64,000 nt of DNA from Candidatus Obscuribacteraceae bacterium (GTDB taxonomy: Bacteria; Cyanobacteriota; Vampirovibrionia; Obscuribacterales; Obscuribacteraceae), in the NCBI GenBank assembly GCA_044226015.1, contig JBGAHS010000008.1:320001-384000 (forward strand), given 5' to 3'. Under the pieces are notes generated by a model. It was not told where the DNA came from. It saw only the letters and a list, made by a program, of their open reading frames with translations, and made no database searches. Below, one piece after another: positions 47,601 through 62,600 of this stretch; within the stretch, counting starts at the first letter, position 1; every line of letters starts with the position of its first letter. The translations under genes and the position numbers were made by a program.

Positions 47601-50600
47601 TTCTGAGAGTCGCGCTCGCATGTCGACCTTTGCATTGACGGAAAAGAGCACACCAGAAAATTATGCGCGCGCTAAAGAGAATATACAGCGAGACTTTGAA
47701 AAGGCACTAGCAGCAGGCGACAACGTGCTCGCTAACGAATTGAAAGACCGCTACAACTGGACTAACGCAGCCGGAATTATCAGTGAACTAAATGGAATAA
47801 AGACGAGTGATCAGCAAAAAGCAGCCATTCAAACAGCTGCTGGTGTTGAAGCACTTATGGATCAAGCTAGCAAAGGTAATCCTTACGCACAAGCTGCCGT
47901 GGCGATGATTCTAAATACTGGCGATGCAGCAGCCCAAAAGCGCAGCCATGACTTGCTGGCACAGGAGAAAAGTTTAACCCTTGCCGTGCCTGATATCAGC
48001 AAACTGCCAGAGCAAGCCCAACTACTGGTGCGTAACCAGGCGCTTGCATCTTTGGTCCAAAAGACAGCAATGACTAATGGTACGATTTCTAAAGCAGAAG
48101 CTAGCGCTCTCACCGATGCTCTCTTGAATGCAGAAAAGAGAAAAGACAATCAGGCTGCGAAACTCCTCTCATCAGCACTAGACCTGGCTTTGTCTTCCAA
48201 GAAGATGAGCATACCTCGTCCGGGACAAGAGCCGCTCATAGTTGATGGCAAGAAAGCAGCAAGCGAAGCGATTAATGATGCCATCAATCGTGGTGCAGAT
48301 TCGGAAACGCTGGTGAACAAATACTTGAGCTTGCTCGCATCCGACAAACAAGCAGCTCTGCTAAGCAAGGAAGATTTTAACGCTCTGGTTCGTAACGCAT
48401 CAGAAGGCAAGCCAGCCGCCATGAAGGTACTGGCGACAATTGCCACTACTGACGGTGAGCTTGCAAAAGACGCCCAAGCAAAGATGATTGAGCTTGCAGC
48501 CGGAGAGAAGACACGCGAGATCGCTCTACTTGCAACGCTTGATGCAAAAGACCCCTTAACACTCCATCGCAATGGAGCAGCAGAGCTATTCAAACAGCTT
48601 CTTGGGAAAGCTGAGCTTCCGCCTCGCGTCGAGCAAGCTATCTTAAGCAAACTGAATTCAACTGATGATTCAGAGAAAGCTGCTGGAAGAAACGCCATGC
48701 TTGCAAGCGCTGACCGTTGGATGAAGGGAGATTCGGGAGAAAATGCCTTACTGAAAGCAGCAGCCTCAAACATGAACGCTGAGCTGATAGAGCTGCTGAA
48801 AGACAAAAAAGACTTGATGCAAAACCCAGCGTTCTTGAACAAGCTAGGTCTGAGTATTGACACTGCCAACGGTGTCACCACACTTAAGCACGCAGCAAGC
48901 AACACCGAATACAAGATAAAAGATTTCAATGGCAAGCTGCGATTATTCGAGCAAAACACCTATGGTGCAGACCAGAAGCTAAGCCATGCTCGCAACAACT
49001 TGTTCGACGAGAAAACGGGTGAATTTAAGGGTGCTGAAGAAATAGACAGCACCGGCAACAAAGCAATTTTCAATAAAGACAAGCTGCTAACTGAAGTTCG
49101 GCGCTCGAGTCCCGAAGGTGAGTTTGTTAAAATTTCACGAACTAATGATGGCAAAGCCACAGCTGTCTTCGATAACTATGGACGCGGCTGGGACTCAAAA
49201 GATGGTGGCAGAACATGGGCTCGTCGGGGCAGCAATGAAAAAGCATACGGAGCACCAGAGTTTCAAGCTGGAGGTGTCATAAAATTCTCTGGCGCTGGAC
49301 CAGAAGGTAAGGTAGAAACACTGGATAAACCTTCCGGTATCGTTTGGAAATATGATGAGGCTAGAAAAGAAAGCACCGTTAGCTATCCAGACAAAAGCTA
49401 TGAAACAAAAAACGAGTCCGGCAAAACCGTCAAGTCACGCGACGCCAACGGCAACGAAAGAGAGTTCTTCTGGTCAGAAGACAGTAAGAAATTACTCGGT
49501 GTAAAAGATGAAACTGGACTCTGGCAGGCAAGCCCAGATGGCACTCACTGGCAAAACCTCAATGCACCAGACCAACCCACACAAATTGGCACACGCACCG
49601 TCGATACAGCCGGATATCACATTCGAAATAGCGGTGCAAGCGAAAAAATATTCCGCAGAGACGGCTCAGTATTGGAAATTAAGTCTGAAAAAGAGCAATC
49701 GATTCACGACCGCCATGCCAATAAAATTGACCTCAAATTCGAAGGCAAAGAGCTCCGCGAAGTCAATGAAAATGGAAATGTTTGGCGTCGCAAAGAAGGC
49801 GCCCCCGAAGACAAGTCTCTCTATTTAATAGTAGACGGAAAACCCACTGAGACTAAGGCTAAATTCGAACTAAGCGACGACCGCAGCAAACTAAAGAGAA
49901 TAATCGAAACAGCCACCGAAGCAAAAGACGGCGCCGTAAAAGGGTTCTTCAAAGAAACCGAGTACAGGTCCGATGGCACTATGCTTGCCCGAGACGAACA
50001 AGGCAGAGTGCGCCGATCGCGCAACCGGGATGGGGAACTAAGCAACATTGAATACCTGGACAAAACGAATGTTGTGGCTAGAATAGGCACCAGTTTTCCA
50101 GATGGGCACGAGGAAATCACAGCATTACGAAATCCATCAAAGCCAGAAGAGGAGTACATAAAGACATTCTGGCAGCGAAAAAGCCCAGGTTCTGACGAAC
50201 TTGTAAGAGAAGATGTCACGAAAGAAAATTGGAACATCTCTGCTCTATCGGTTGACCATGCAACTGGTAGCATAAAAGCATCTGAAGTCACAGTTATTTC
50301 TTCCAATGAATCGGGTGAAAGAAGGCGACGTTCTCACGCACTGGTTGTTTCGTCTCTCGACAATGGCAGCATTGCATTCCAACGACATGACGCAGGCTTG
50401 CTCATTAGTGATCGCTATAACGGCAACCAGACTCGTAGCTCATATAAATGGGCAGCGGAAGGCTCGCTTTCAAGTACAAGCACGATTCGCGGAAGAGATG
50501 CCAGCTGCACCTACGATGCGGCTGGCAATCTGACAAGAGTTGAGGGCTTATCTAACAACCAGAGCTTCGAAATTAAACGCGGCGAAAATGGTTCAATCGA

Positions 50601-53600
50601 AATCGCAGAATCAAATGGCACGCGATGGCAATCAGCTGACGGCAAGACATTCACCAACCCAGCGACACAACAAACCTTCAGCGGCGAATTTTTCGCTAGC
50701 ACTGACGGTAAATATGGATTTAAAATTCCGGGTTCAAGCGAAAGCACTATTATCAGAGACGTAGCCAGGCGAGAGACTATTTTCTCGCCTCCAGAGCGCT
50801 TTCAGATACAGAGGCTGGTAAAGGATGTAACAAGCGTTGCACTCACGGACAACAACGCGATAATTCAGCGCGACGCCAATGGCAGAACCCTGGCACTAGT
50901 GAACCCCGATGGAAAAATTGTACGAGCAACACGCGATGCTTCAGGCAACGTGCAAGAACTCAGCATTACAGACCCTCGCAGCAATCAAGCAATGACTTGG
51001 AAAAAAGATGGCGCGCGCTTGCTGCTTACACGCGGAGCAGAAACAGAAGATCTAGGTAATTCAAAACTAGAGCTTAGTGATCGCGGAGAGATAGTTCAAA
51101 TCTCTGACAAAAACAAGATTGAATATGTCCGAAAAACTGATGGCACTGAGATAAGAAGACTGCAAGGCTCTTCCGAGTTTGATGGAAAGCAAAATTTCCG
51201 CTACGTGGTCGACAGACCTGACGGCAGCATAGCAGAGTATCACTATCGAGTTCATGCGGAAGGGGCGGCAGAGAATCTTGAGGTAGTGAAAACTGGCACA
51301 AGAAACATCGACTCATCTCTCAATGCTGAAACCGTCATGCGGAAGATGCCTAACTCGAATCCCCAAGAGCCGACATGGTACTACTCAGATTCGGCTGAGA
51401 TTCGTTCTGGCGCTATGAAAATGGGACAGACCTGGAAAGGCAGTCAAAACTTCGACCCAACGAATGGAGAGTTCAGCACTATTGGTGCAAAGCCAGGAGA
51501 AAAAGCAGCTCGAATTCGCGAAACAGCTGATGGATGGAGACAAGAAGCTGAGTCTCCTGTACTTAGCAAACGCGGCATGGGCGGAGAAATCGTCTACAAA
51601 TCGAGCACTGGCGAAGTTAACAAGATAGCAGATCGCAACGGGCGAAACATCGACATCAAACACACTGATGGACAGATCTCTGAATTGTCAATTACAGAAA
51701 AAGGTGGAAAAGAAGCATCAGAAAAATTCAGCTCAGCAGACGGCAAAACGTGGAGCCGCAAATTCCGTGATGCTGCTAGCGGCGAATGGAAAGAAGAGAA
51801 ATTCAGCGGACATGCTTCGGTCGACAGCGAAGGCGTCATAAGAATCAGGAAAGCAGGAGCTGACTTCATCACGCTGCGCCCCGAAGGACAACGCATCACG
51901 CACGACAAGGCAGCAGGCATCACGCTGGTAGAGAAAACCAATGGTGAAAGAGAGAGAGTCGGCTTCGGTCCAAACAACAAAGTAAACCGAATATATAATT
52001 CAGACAATAGCTATACAGCCACCGACGACGGTGTCAACTGGCGCAGCTACGACGCGACTGGCAAACTGAAGACCGACAGCGCTAAACAGCAAATTGTAGA
52101 ATTCGACGAAAAAACAGGCACCATTACCACCCAGGCAAAAGATGGCAGCCGAGTTGAAATGAAAGGAGGCGACGGCAGCCTTCGCATCTACTCTGCAGTT
52201 GGTCCTAAAGAACAATCACTCGTTCTTACCTACGATAAGAATGCACGAGCCGATGTCACCGAAGTACGCTACGAACAAGGCAAGAAAATAGAAACAGTTG
52301 TTAGTTACGCCAACAAAACTGTGCAGAAATTCAACGGGGATGATCTGCTCAGCTACATGAAGGACATCCGAGGAAAAGAAACATCCATCAGCTGGGAAGG
52401 AACACCGCCGCGCTCAACAATAAAATCATTTACTGACGAAAGCGGACTCAATTTCGAACGCCACAGCGCTGGTTTTTACCTGGCAAAAAACAGACATGGA
52501 TTCGTCGTAGATAGATATGATGGCACAGTGTTCGTCAACTCCGAAGGCAAACTAGAGAGAATATTCGGTACTTCATCAAACATAGTTGGTCAAGACCGCG
52601 GCGTCACGGCTGCAAACGTAAGAGAAATACGCGGACTCGACGGCAATGTTCTGAATCTTGTCGGAAACAAAGGCGTCACAGTTAGAAATTCCGAAGGATT
52701 ATTGCAACGAAGCATCGATGGCACAGGGTTTGTCAGACAGTTCGAATTTGGAGACAAGGACCGCTGGGGACAACCATCGCTCGATAAAGTAATCATCGGA
52801 GAAGGCAATGGAGAATACTCCATAAGCCGTCAATACTGGTATTGGGAAGACGCAGCAAAATCAAAAATGGCTCCAAAGTGGCTGCGCAGCGATGGCAAAG
52901 CATTGTACGACCACGACTCCAAAGCACATCAAAACTGGCGGGTTGATCACACAACTGGCGATATGTTTTGTTATCGCAATGATTTTGTGACCGAGCACTT
53001 CAATCTGGAGTCAGGCAAATGGACAACAGGAGATGAATCGAGCGTTCGCGCGAAAGCAGATGAGATAAAGACGATTGCGGACAGATATTCCATTCAATAC
53101 TTTTTTGATCCTAACGGACGTTACAGAGAACTAAACGATCAGCTCAAAGATCTCTCTGCCGACCAGATTCAGGCAGTCAAAGACTACCTGATGTCCAAGG
53201 CATTGAACATCAACGAATATGTGAATCACAAGTACAGCAGAGGCAGCGTCGAAAATACCGTACTTAACGGACACCTGAGACGCATAGGGCACACGCGCGA
53301 TGCGCACAATGTCGAGCTTGCTGAACTTGCATTGAAGCAGGCTCTGGCAGAAAAGACCCAGCGAGGTTACCGCACAAATCTTGAAGTTGAGAAAGACCTC
53401 AGAGACAAAATTTCGCCTCTGAACCAAAGACAAATTGCAATGCTAAACGATGGCTATGCAAAAGAGCATGACGGCAAGACTGTACTTGAAGATATGAAAG
53501 TGGACCCAAGCTGGAAACGTAGCTCTGCATTGCATAAGGAGGCAATGGAAAGCTACCTGACTAAAGGCAAAGGCAATCGAACTGTTGAGGAAGAACTCAA

Positions 53601-56600
53601 GCTTGCAAAAATGGCAGCAGAATATTTGCCCGCGAGTTTTCCAAAAGAACTACAAGACAAGAATCTCGACTCTGTGCGAGAGGCTTTGATAGAACAACAA
53701 AATAGCAGACGTGGCAGAAAATCTATTGCTGCGGTTGATGCTTATGTAGACATGCTGCGGCAGGATAGGCTGGCGTTGGTGCAGGAATTCCTGGGCGAAG
53801 GCCGTGTTGATGATAATGTTCGTCAAGCATTTGCAGAGAATAAAGAACTGGGAAAAGCCTACCTCGAAAATAATCTTCTTCTCTCCTCCCAGCGAAAAGC
53901 CGATGGCAACTATGAATTTAAGAATGGCATTTTCGTATCACGTAATGATGCAGGACGGGTTATGGCACTCGCCATGGATGCCGTCAACCTTGGCAAAGTC
54001 AGCGAAGCTACACAAATGGAGCTGGGGAACTGGGCAACCGGAAATTCAAAAGCCGATATCGACAGAATATTTCACGGCATGTCCGACTCAGACCGCAAGC
54101 GTATTCAACTCGGCATGGACATTCGAATGGCGCTTGATGCTCCAGGAAAAAATGAGAAACACAGTGACTCACAAATTGCAGCAGGCAAGGTGATCTCCGA
54201 GAAACTTCAAAGTGGTGCACTGTTACCGCACAACTTGACGCCAAGAGACAAGCAAGAGCTAGCTCATTTCCGCCGAGCCGAAGCAAAGAAATTGCTGGAA
54301 GACCCCGAGAAAGGATTTCAGGCAAGAGCCGCACTAGCCAGTTATGACCAACTGTACAAAACGGCCGGACGCCAATCAATGTGGGGCGATGAGCGCAACG
54401 AGCGCTTCCGCAAAGAGTACTTGCAAGCTGCAGCAGGAGCCGATTTCTCTCATGAAATGGGAGAGAAAAACATCAGCATGATGTGGTGGAACTCCAGCAA
54501 AGATGAACACATGAAGAGCGTTGAAAACATGGATGAGCGCAGCTTCTCTTTGTTAACCAGCAACACAAACCTGCGCGAGTTGATGTTTTCCCATATGCGA
54601 AAGAACTTCGATTACGATCGAGGAATAGACGCCAGAAAACTGCTTGAGGCAAAATTCCAGTTCGTTGAAGACCTGATGGAAGGCAAAGAGAAGTTACGAC
54701 TTGGCACCGCATTCGGTGAAGAACAACGTGCACGATTGAAAGAGCTGCTTCCTGGCACCAGGTCCATGTCAGACAGCGCGTTCCAAGACCTGATGAGCCA
54801 GCGAGCGCTCAGCAAAGACATAGAAGCTGGGCGAAAATTAAGAGAACAAATAGAGCGCGGCAAACAATATGAATCAATGATGTCCTTCGCTGAGCAATTA
54901 ACAAAAGACATCGCTGAAGGAAAGAGAATTGAAAAGCAACTCAACTCTCGCGATACAGATATTCTGGCACTCTACCGCCGCTCAAAAAAAACAGAACCAG
55001 AGCTGACTGCTCCCGAAAAACAGGCAGAGGCATTTGCCAGGGCAGACCTGCAAAAATACAGGGATAGCATCTCAAATCAACAAGGCGAGTCAAAGCTAAG
55101 TGAGACTGAGAAGAAATCAATTGCGGCGTTCGACAAGTTCCAATCACTTTTGAAAATTGAGGAGAAGGTCAAAGACGGTCTGCGAATTCAAAAGAATATC
55201 GAAGAGGGCAGACTTCTGGCTGGAAGTCTGGAAAAAAATGCCAGTTCGTTTAAGGACAAACTTACTGACGAACAGAAAGCGCAAATAGATCTATTTGAGA
55301 GATCCACAGGCAAAGCCCCAGGACTGTCTGCTGGCGAAAAAGAGAATCTGGCGCTTTCACGTGCATGGCAGCAAAAGCAGGCGGACCCATTGCTAGCTTC
55401 CTTCAAACGAGGAAACGAAATTACGGACACACTGGCACAAAAGAATCCCGAGTCCCGGGCTGAATACAGAAAGGCATTGTCGCCAGAAGACAGGGCGGCG
55501 TTGTCCCTCTATCAGGACATGAATGCTGCAAAGGAACTGAACAAAGAGATTGAAGCAGGTCGCAAACTTAGCCATTCAATCCTCGATGGTTCATTAGAGA
55601 ATGCTACGCCAAATACAGAGCAGACCAGACAACTGCAAGTATATCGAGCCTACATGAGCGGCAAATTGCCAGAGGCTGACAAACTCGCACTTGAAAAATT
55701 ACAAGCAATCGATAAGGCTGGCGATGCAAAGCCAGGAGATACAGCTCTAAGCAAAGAGTCGGCAGATGCCCTGGAGAAAAATCTTGCTGGCATGCAGCAA
55801 TTGCACAGCCTACAACAATATAACGAAGACAAATCAGGGCTTAAACTATATTTGGATGGACTTGATGTTGCACGTCAGCTTAATGGCATGTTGGTCGCCA
55901 AACAAGTGGAAGCGATGAAAGCGCTCGAGACCGACCCCGCCAGAGCCCACGAAAAAGCCGCTCTAGAGTACTTCAGAAAGACCACATTTGAAATTGCTCG
56001 AGATAACATCAGACGCGACATTTCTGAGGTTATCTCAGATGTAGACCATACCTTCTCCAAAGACTACAAGGCTCTTTTCGATGCAGTGGTTGGAATGAAA
56101 CCAGATGAGCGAAAACGCTACGCAGGTGATGAAGACTACCGCAAACAGATTGACGATGCAGTAAGCAACTTGCTGAAATCTTACCCAGACGCACTCGCCG
56201 CCACAAAACATCTCTTGTTACAAATAAAAGATGACCCGACAAAGGCGCCTCAGAAAGATCTCGTTTTCGACCTTTTAGCAAAAGCACAAGACGGCAAGCG
56301 CAGCGCTGCTGAAGCAGCGTTCGCGATACAAGAAGCCTTTAACGTACCTGCAGGCAAAGAGCTAAAACGCAAACTAGATGCGAACAGCCCAGATTATGAC
56401 GAACGATATGCAAAGGCATTCGATGCTGCCTGGAAGCGCCACCTGCCATTGTCTGCGCACCGCCCTGATGCACCTGCTAGAGACAGAGGTCCGATTACTA
56501 GCTTCAACGATTTCAAAACACGCGTGTTGGATGACCTGAATGCAAATGGACACCTTAAGATAAGCACCATCAGAGATTTACGAGGCGGAGCAGTAATCTC

Positions 56601-59600
56601 ACCAGAAGAACTTGGCAAACAGATACTCACACTCAATGAACGTTCCAGAGAAAACTTCGCTAGCACTGAAAAAGAAAACTTGGGGTCTGTTTTTTACGGA
56701 GAACAAAAGGAATTCATCGAGAAGATTCTGGCAACACGAGGAGAACTCGGCATCGAGGACAAACTAAAGGCGATTCATGTTGGAATTCTTCCAAAAGAAG
56801 ACTTGATAAAAACAATCAATGAAATAAAAGCCATGGATGAACGACGCCAGGTCGCCAACAACTATGCCACCAAATACAATGCTGACTTGATATCGCAAAT
56901 GAAGAGCGTTGCAGCCTCTGCAGACCAGGGGCGCATTGAGATTGCGTTGCGATTTAGAGACATGACTGCACTTGAGCAACTATACAAAGCTCAAGACCAC
57001 AGCAACCGCGTTACCCGAACTGGTTGGGATACGCAGGGCTGGAACTCAACTAAATATCAGCTAGACAATCGCATGGGTGAACTGACTAAACTCATCGGTG
57101 GAGACAATGCAAACTTCAGAGAAACAGAGCAAAGCAAGATTGACGAATCTCTAGATGCAGTCTGGGAAGCACAGCGTGGAATATCCGAAACCCAAAAAGA
57201 GATGGCGAACGTCGCCAGAGAAATCATGATAGCAGCAGCAGCAACAGTGCTGACGATTGCATCAGGCGGAACCATGTCCTGGGCAGCGATAGCGCTCTTC
57301 ACGTTAGCAGCTGCCGCGGGTTCCGCAGCACTAACAAAGCTTGCCATGGGTGATAATGTCACCACAGATGATATGAAAGAGGCAGCAAAAGACGGGGCAA
57401 AGAGCGCCTTTATTCAGAGCCTGGGACCTGGACATTTGCAAAAGCTAACAGGCTTTGGTGCGACTGCAGCAAAAACCGCTGCAAATCAGTTGCTTAAAGA
57501 GGCTGCTTTCAAAGGACTAAGTGAAGCGGAAAAGAAAATTGTCCAACAGGAAATCGAAAAAACTGTAGTAAAAATGCTGCGCCAGGGCGCACAAAGTGCT
57601 TCTATGAAGGGGATTGACCAGCAAATAAATCACGCTGTCATGGAGCTTCTTCAAAAGAGTCCTATAACCGGAAAAATAATGGAAGGTCTTGGACAAGAGG
57701 GCGCGCAGCTGCTCGGTAAAACCTTCGAAAAGTCTGCCCACGAAGCAATCATGAAGCTGGGCTCTAGATATGTTGAAAATGAGATGCAATCGACTCTACA
57801 GAGAGTGTGGAATGCTGCGGCCAGAGAGGGGTACTCCGCAACACTAAGCCACGGCGCAGCAACAGCAAGCTCACTGGTTGTCGAAACAGCCGATATGATG
57901 TGGCACGGCAAAATCACCGTGGGAAATATTCTCGATGGTTCAGCGTTTAGCGACAAAGAGATATCATCACAGTACGCCAAGAGCATTTTTCACGCCAACC
58001 TCGCCGCCGGTGCCGGTCACTGGGCCGGCAGGGCAAGCCACCATCTAGTGAACCCTGAATCGATTGCCAATCGCCTTGCACTGACACAGAAGTTAGACCC
58101 GACAACAATGCGAATGATGAGCAGTGGATTTCTCAGCGAGCGCTCAGCCCGACTGATAGGTAATGTCACCCACTTCACCGCCTCTGGTGCCTTTATGGTT
58201 GGCGGCATGTCAGGCTCAAATCTGATAGCCGGAGGTGTAGAGAATCTTCTATATGGCAAGGTTGTTTCCCCAACGGAAAACATGAGCAGCCTCATTCAAT
58301 ACAGCATTGCGCCCTTCATCACCGGTGTACATGGAACCTATGCCGCCGCAGGCAGAGCAAACATAGGACGAGCAAGTTACAACTTGAACCATGAAGCTAC
58401 GGTAAAGCCAAGCGCAGAACCGATTCGAGGAAGCCAAGCCGGAGAGACAAAAATCGTAAAATACCAGAGTCCCACACTGGAAAATGCACGATTCGAAAAG
58501 CCGGTTGTCATCGAAGATGGCAAAGGAAGCATTTCATCGGGAACTGTTGAGCTCCGCACAACTCACGACGCGTCAAACGCCACAAGCGAGCCTGCAGCAA
58601 AACTACTGGCAGATGTACCGGCTGGACAAACGCTTAAGATTGTCGTGTCAGATCCAGCTGCCTTAAAGAATTTCGAAATCGCCAGTTCTAGCAAGGGCAA
58701 GGTAGAGCTATATATCGCGCAAGACCACCCCGGACTTCGAGATCTCTTAAGCGAGCACGTCCACAGAATTGCTGAAGGACAGGTTGAACTCAAGACTCTT
58801 GGGTTGAATGGGGAAAGCAAAGCAATCATCTCCCAAGAAATGGCTCGATCATTAATAGCACAAGTAGAATCGGTAGATGGACTTTCTCCGCTATGGCGCC
58901 CCGAAAGACACCTTAACGGAAGCGAACTTGCAGCATTGTCTGCTCAGCTGGGTGACAATGCCGGTAAGCTAAGTGATGCGGCAGTAGCGCAAAAGTACCT
59001 TGAGCAAGTTGGTCGCACCATAAGTGATGCCCGAGAGCCTCTGCGACAAACTGCCGAAGAATTCAAAGCCATAAGAGATAACTTCGAAACGACAAAAGCA
59101 AGCCTTGAAGCAGAATTAGCAAAAGAAGGATTGAGGCTGCCGCAAGAAAAGGACTTCGATGCAAGCAGCTTACATGAGTGGTCACGAAAAGATGCTAGCG
59201 GCAAGCGCAACGAAATTGTCAGCAAATTTTTAGCTGAGAGAGAAACTCATGCGGAGGCTCTAAAGGCGCTAAATCAAAAGATTGACGCCAGTCTCAAAAC
59301 GATAGAAGACGCAATCAATAAGTTCAATTCAAGAGAAGGAATTCCACCGGTCAGCCTCAAAAGATATGGTGATTTGCACGTGGCTGACGCATCATATCGC
59401 GATGGTGTGATAAAGGTAAAAACTGAAGACCTCATAAATAACCCAGGCAAGCTGTTGATAAACACTTATCACGAATCTGCGCACGTAGCACAGGACGCAG
59501 AGGCACTCAAGTCAATTCAGCATACTCTGGCTGCAGCTCAGAAATTTGGTGTTAAACCAGAAGAAGTTACAGCAGAACAGAAACTCAAAGTCAGCGCCGA

Positions 59601-62600
59601 TGAGCTTTCCAAAGTATCTGCCGAACGAGTTGCGGAGAGGTATGCAGAGCTCAGTAAGCATAGCCACGATAAGTCGTTCGAAAAGCAATGGATGAGTTTC
59701 GTTGCTAAATCACTTGAGTTGCCAGCACTTGGAAAAGAACAGCTTTCGCGAGCAGACAACTTGATAAAGAGCTTTGCAGAAATCGGTGCGTACAAGGGAC
59801 AAAGCGAGCATGAGATAAGGCAAGACTACAACGCAATAAAGTCTGCCAAACAGCACATCAATTCAGAGTCTGGTGTAGGCGCACAAGAACTGCTGCTACT
59901 TATGAAAAAAGCTGCTGCTGGCGACGCCACTGCCATGCAATTAGCGCGGCGTATTTTCGGTTCAGATGCTGAGCATCTAGTTGCAGGAAAGAAAGAGGCG
60001 GCAGTAGCTCCGACTGATGCAGCTCGAGCAGAAGCTCAAAAGGAACGCTTTGACGCGATTCGAGATTTATACGAGCTAGCTTTGAATCTTGACCCCAATA
60101 ATCCTAGCCCAATCACTGAAGCAAAAGCGAAAGCGCTGTTTGAAAAGCTTATGGAAAATCGAGTTGCTCAGCTAAATGAGCAGCTCATGGATGCATACAA
60201 TCAATACATGCGCATGCACGAGGCTGATGCACTGGCTGCAGAAAATTATTTGCGTCGTGTTGCTGGTGACGGTTTAGAAAGACTCAACAAGTCAGCCGCA
60301 ATTGAACTACCAACAGATGCACTCGGCGATGTCCACAGCTCTGCCGGGCAAATGCCGAGCATAAAGAATAACAACCCAACGGCAGCAACTTTAAACAATT
60401 TACGTCCGGTAGAGAACCTGCTTGCTCCCGTAGACAGGCTTATAACAGAAAAGGCAACGCATTCAAATAGAGAGCCTCTCAAAAAAGTCATGAGAGACTT
60501 GCTTCGCCATGTACCAGCAGAGCAGCTCGAATCATACGCGAATAAATTTGCTGAAGCGGCAAAGGTTGAAGGTTTCATCACGCGCCTGGCTCACATAAAA
60601 GAGATTACAGACAAATTCCAGCAAGGAAAGGCAGACATCGCCGCAGTTCCGCTTGACCTACTGCTAGACAAAAACATCACACTTCAAACCTTAGCGGCGT
60701 TCAAAAACAGTTTAAAACCTGGAGGCATCTCAGAGGCAGCCAGAGAGGCTTTTGTCGACCCGATTCTACGCGCAAACAAGCCCCAAGAAGTTGCCGACAG
60801 GGTTTCTACTGCAGCAAAGTACGACCTCGCAGTTGCACAAAAAAAACTCTTCGCATTTCAGTTTGGCGAAATAGCAGCGCTAGACCCCACCTGCAGAAAA
60901 CACATTGTAGATTCACTTATTGAGCGTCAACTAAATAGCTCCACAAACATGGAAGGATTCAGACGAGCAGTCGATGATGCAGTGGAGACTGCAAAAATAT
61001 ACAAGAGCTTGTTTGAGATAAAAGCACTGGACCCAAAAGTGCTCTCAACGCCAGGTCGAGATGGGCTAGATCACCTTGTCAAAGACCTCGGACAAAAGCT
61101 TCTTGAAGGAGAGATTGATAAAACAACATTTTCAAAGGCAGTCACAGAAAGGCTAAATCTAATTAGCAGCTTTCTGCAGAGCACAAAAAATGGTGCCAAC
61201 CTACTCGCTGAAGCCCGTTCAAGAAATCCACAACTAACAAATGCTATCTTCGAGCCCCTAATGAAAAGTCCGCTCTCAGAGAAAGCGTTGCAGAATGCAA
61301 TTGAAACCGTAAGCAAATACGAGAAGCTGAAAAACACGGAACCAACTTTAGCTTCAGCCTTGCTTGCGATTAAGCCATCGGTTCGCGCGCAATTGATAGA
61401 CCCTTTCGTAGGAAGCACACATCACAAAAATTACGTTGTAGAGCTGCAGAGGACGATAAGCGAGAGCAACGACGGCGGAATTGCGCTGGCAACAGCATTC
61501 AAAAATCTCTTTAAGCAATCACCAAAAGTGGCAGAAGAATTGCACAATGACTTACGTGCAGAACGCATTACAGGTGAGCAATTCTCGCTGCTAGCTCAAT
61601 GCCCGGAAGAAACTAGAACAGCATTGCAGAGCTTGTTCAAAAAGCACCTGGCTGCAAATCTGGCAGGGGAAGAGAATCTATTCAGACTAATCACAGCTGT
61701 CCATGCTATCAAAGACAGCACGCCGACGAAACAAGCGAAAGCAATAGAGTCGTTCGCACGAGAGATGGCAGTTCAAAGCGAATCACCCAGCAAACAAAGC
61801 TGGGAAAAAATAGCAGAGCTTGCTGCAAGCGATTCTCCCAACAGGGACATGCTTGTCAAATCAATGATATTGAACAAGAGAGACTTAATTCAATGGCTGA
61901 ATTCCCTGGAGTACTCAAAGATTGGAAGCATAAAGGGACCTGAACTGATATCGCGACTGCTTGATTGTGGTTCATCCCCAGAACTGAAAAATCTGGGCGC
62001 TGGGCAACAGTCAAGATTTACGAATAAGCTTAGCAACATCTTGGCAGAAACAGGATTGCCAACAGAAGCCGGCTTGCGAGAAGCACAAATTGAGAAATAC
62101 GCAGCTCTATTTAGAGCACTACCAACTCAAGACATAGCTCAAGCAAACTATGGCTTAGCAAAGCTATTGGACAAGATGAATGCAAATGATTTTGCGCGAG
62201 CATCAGACTCCACGGTAGCTGACTTGATGCGACTCTTTGAGAATAAAGCTGAAAATATGCTTGAAGAAGACCGCGGAGCAACAATAAAGAAACTCATCGA
62301 TTCTTTGCAAACAACGCAAGAAGGTAAAAAACACGAACTCATTGCTGCCACAGTAGCAAAATTGACTACCGAAGCAGATATTCGTGAAATGCAAGCAGAA
62401 ACACGAGCACAATTCAGGCAAGCAGCGATTGAATATCTCGACAAGCTAGAAAGTAAGTCTCGGGCCGACAATGAAGCCAGAACAGCGCAGCGCATTGAAG
62501 TGCTTATCGATAAACTATTTCCAGCAGCTATCGACAGATCAACTGCAGACAGGATATTTGGAGGGCTTACGGAAAGCCAGAGAAAAATCCTTCTTGAACA

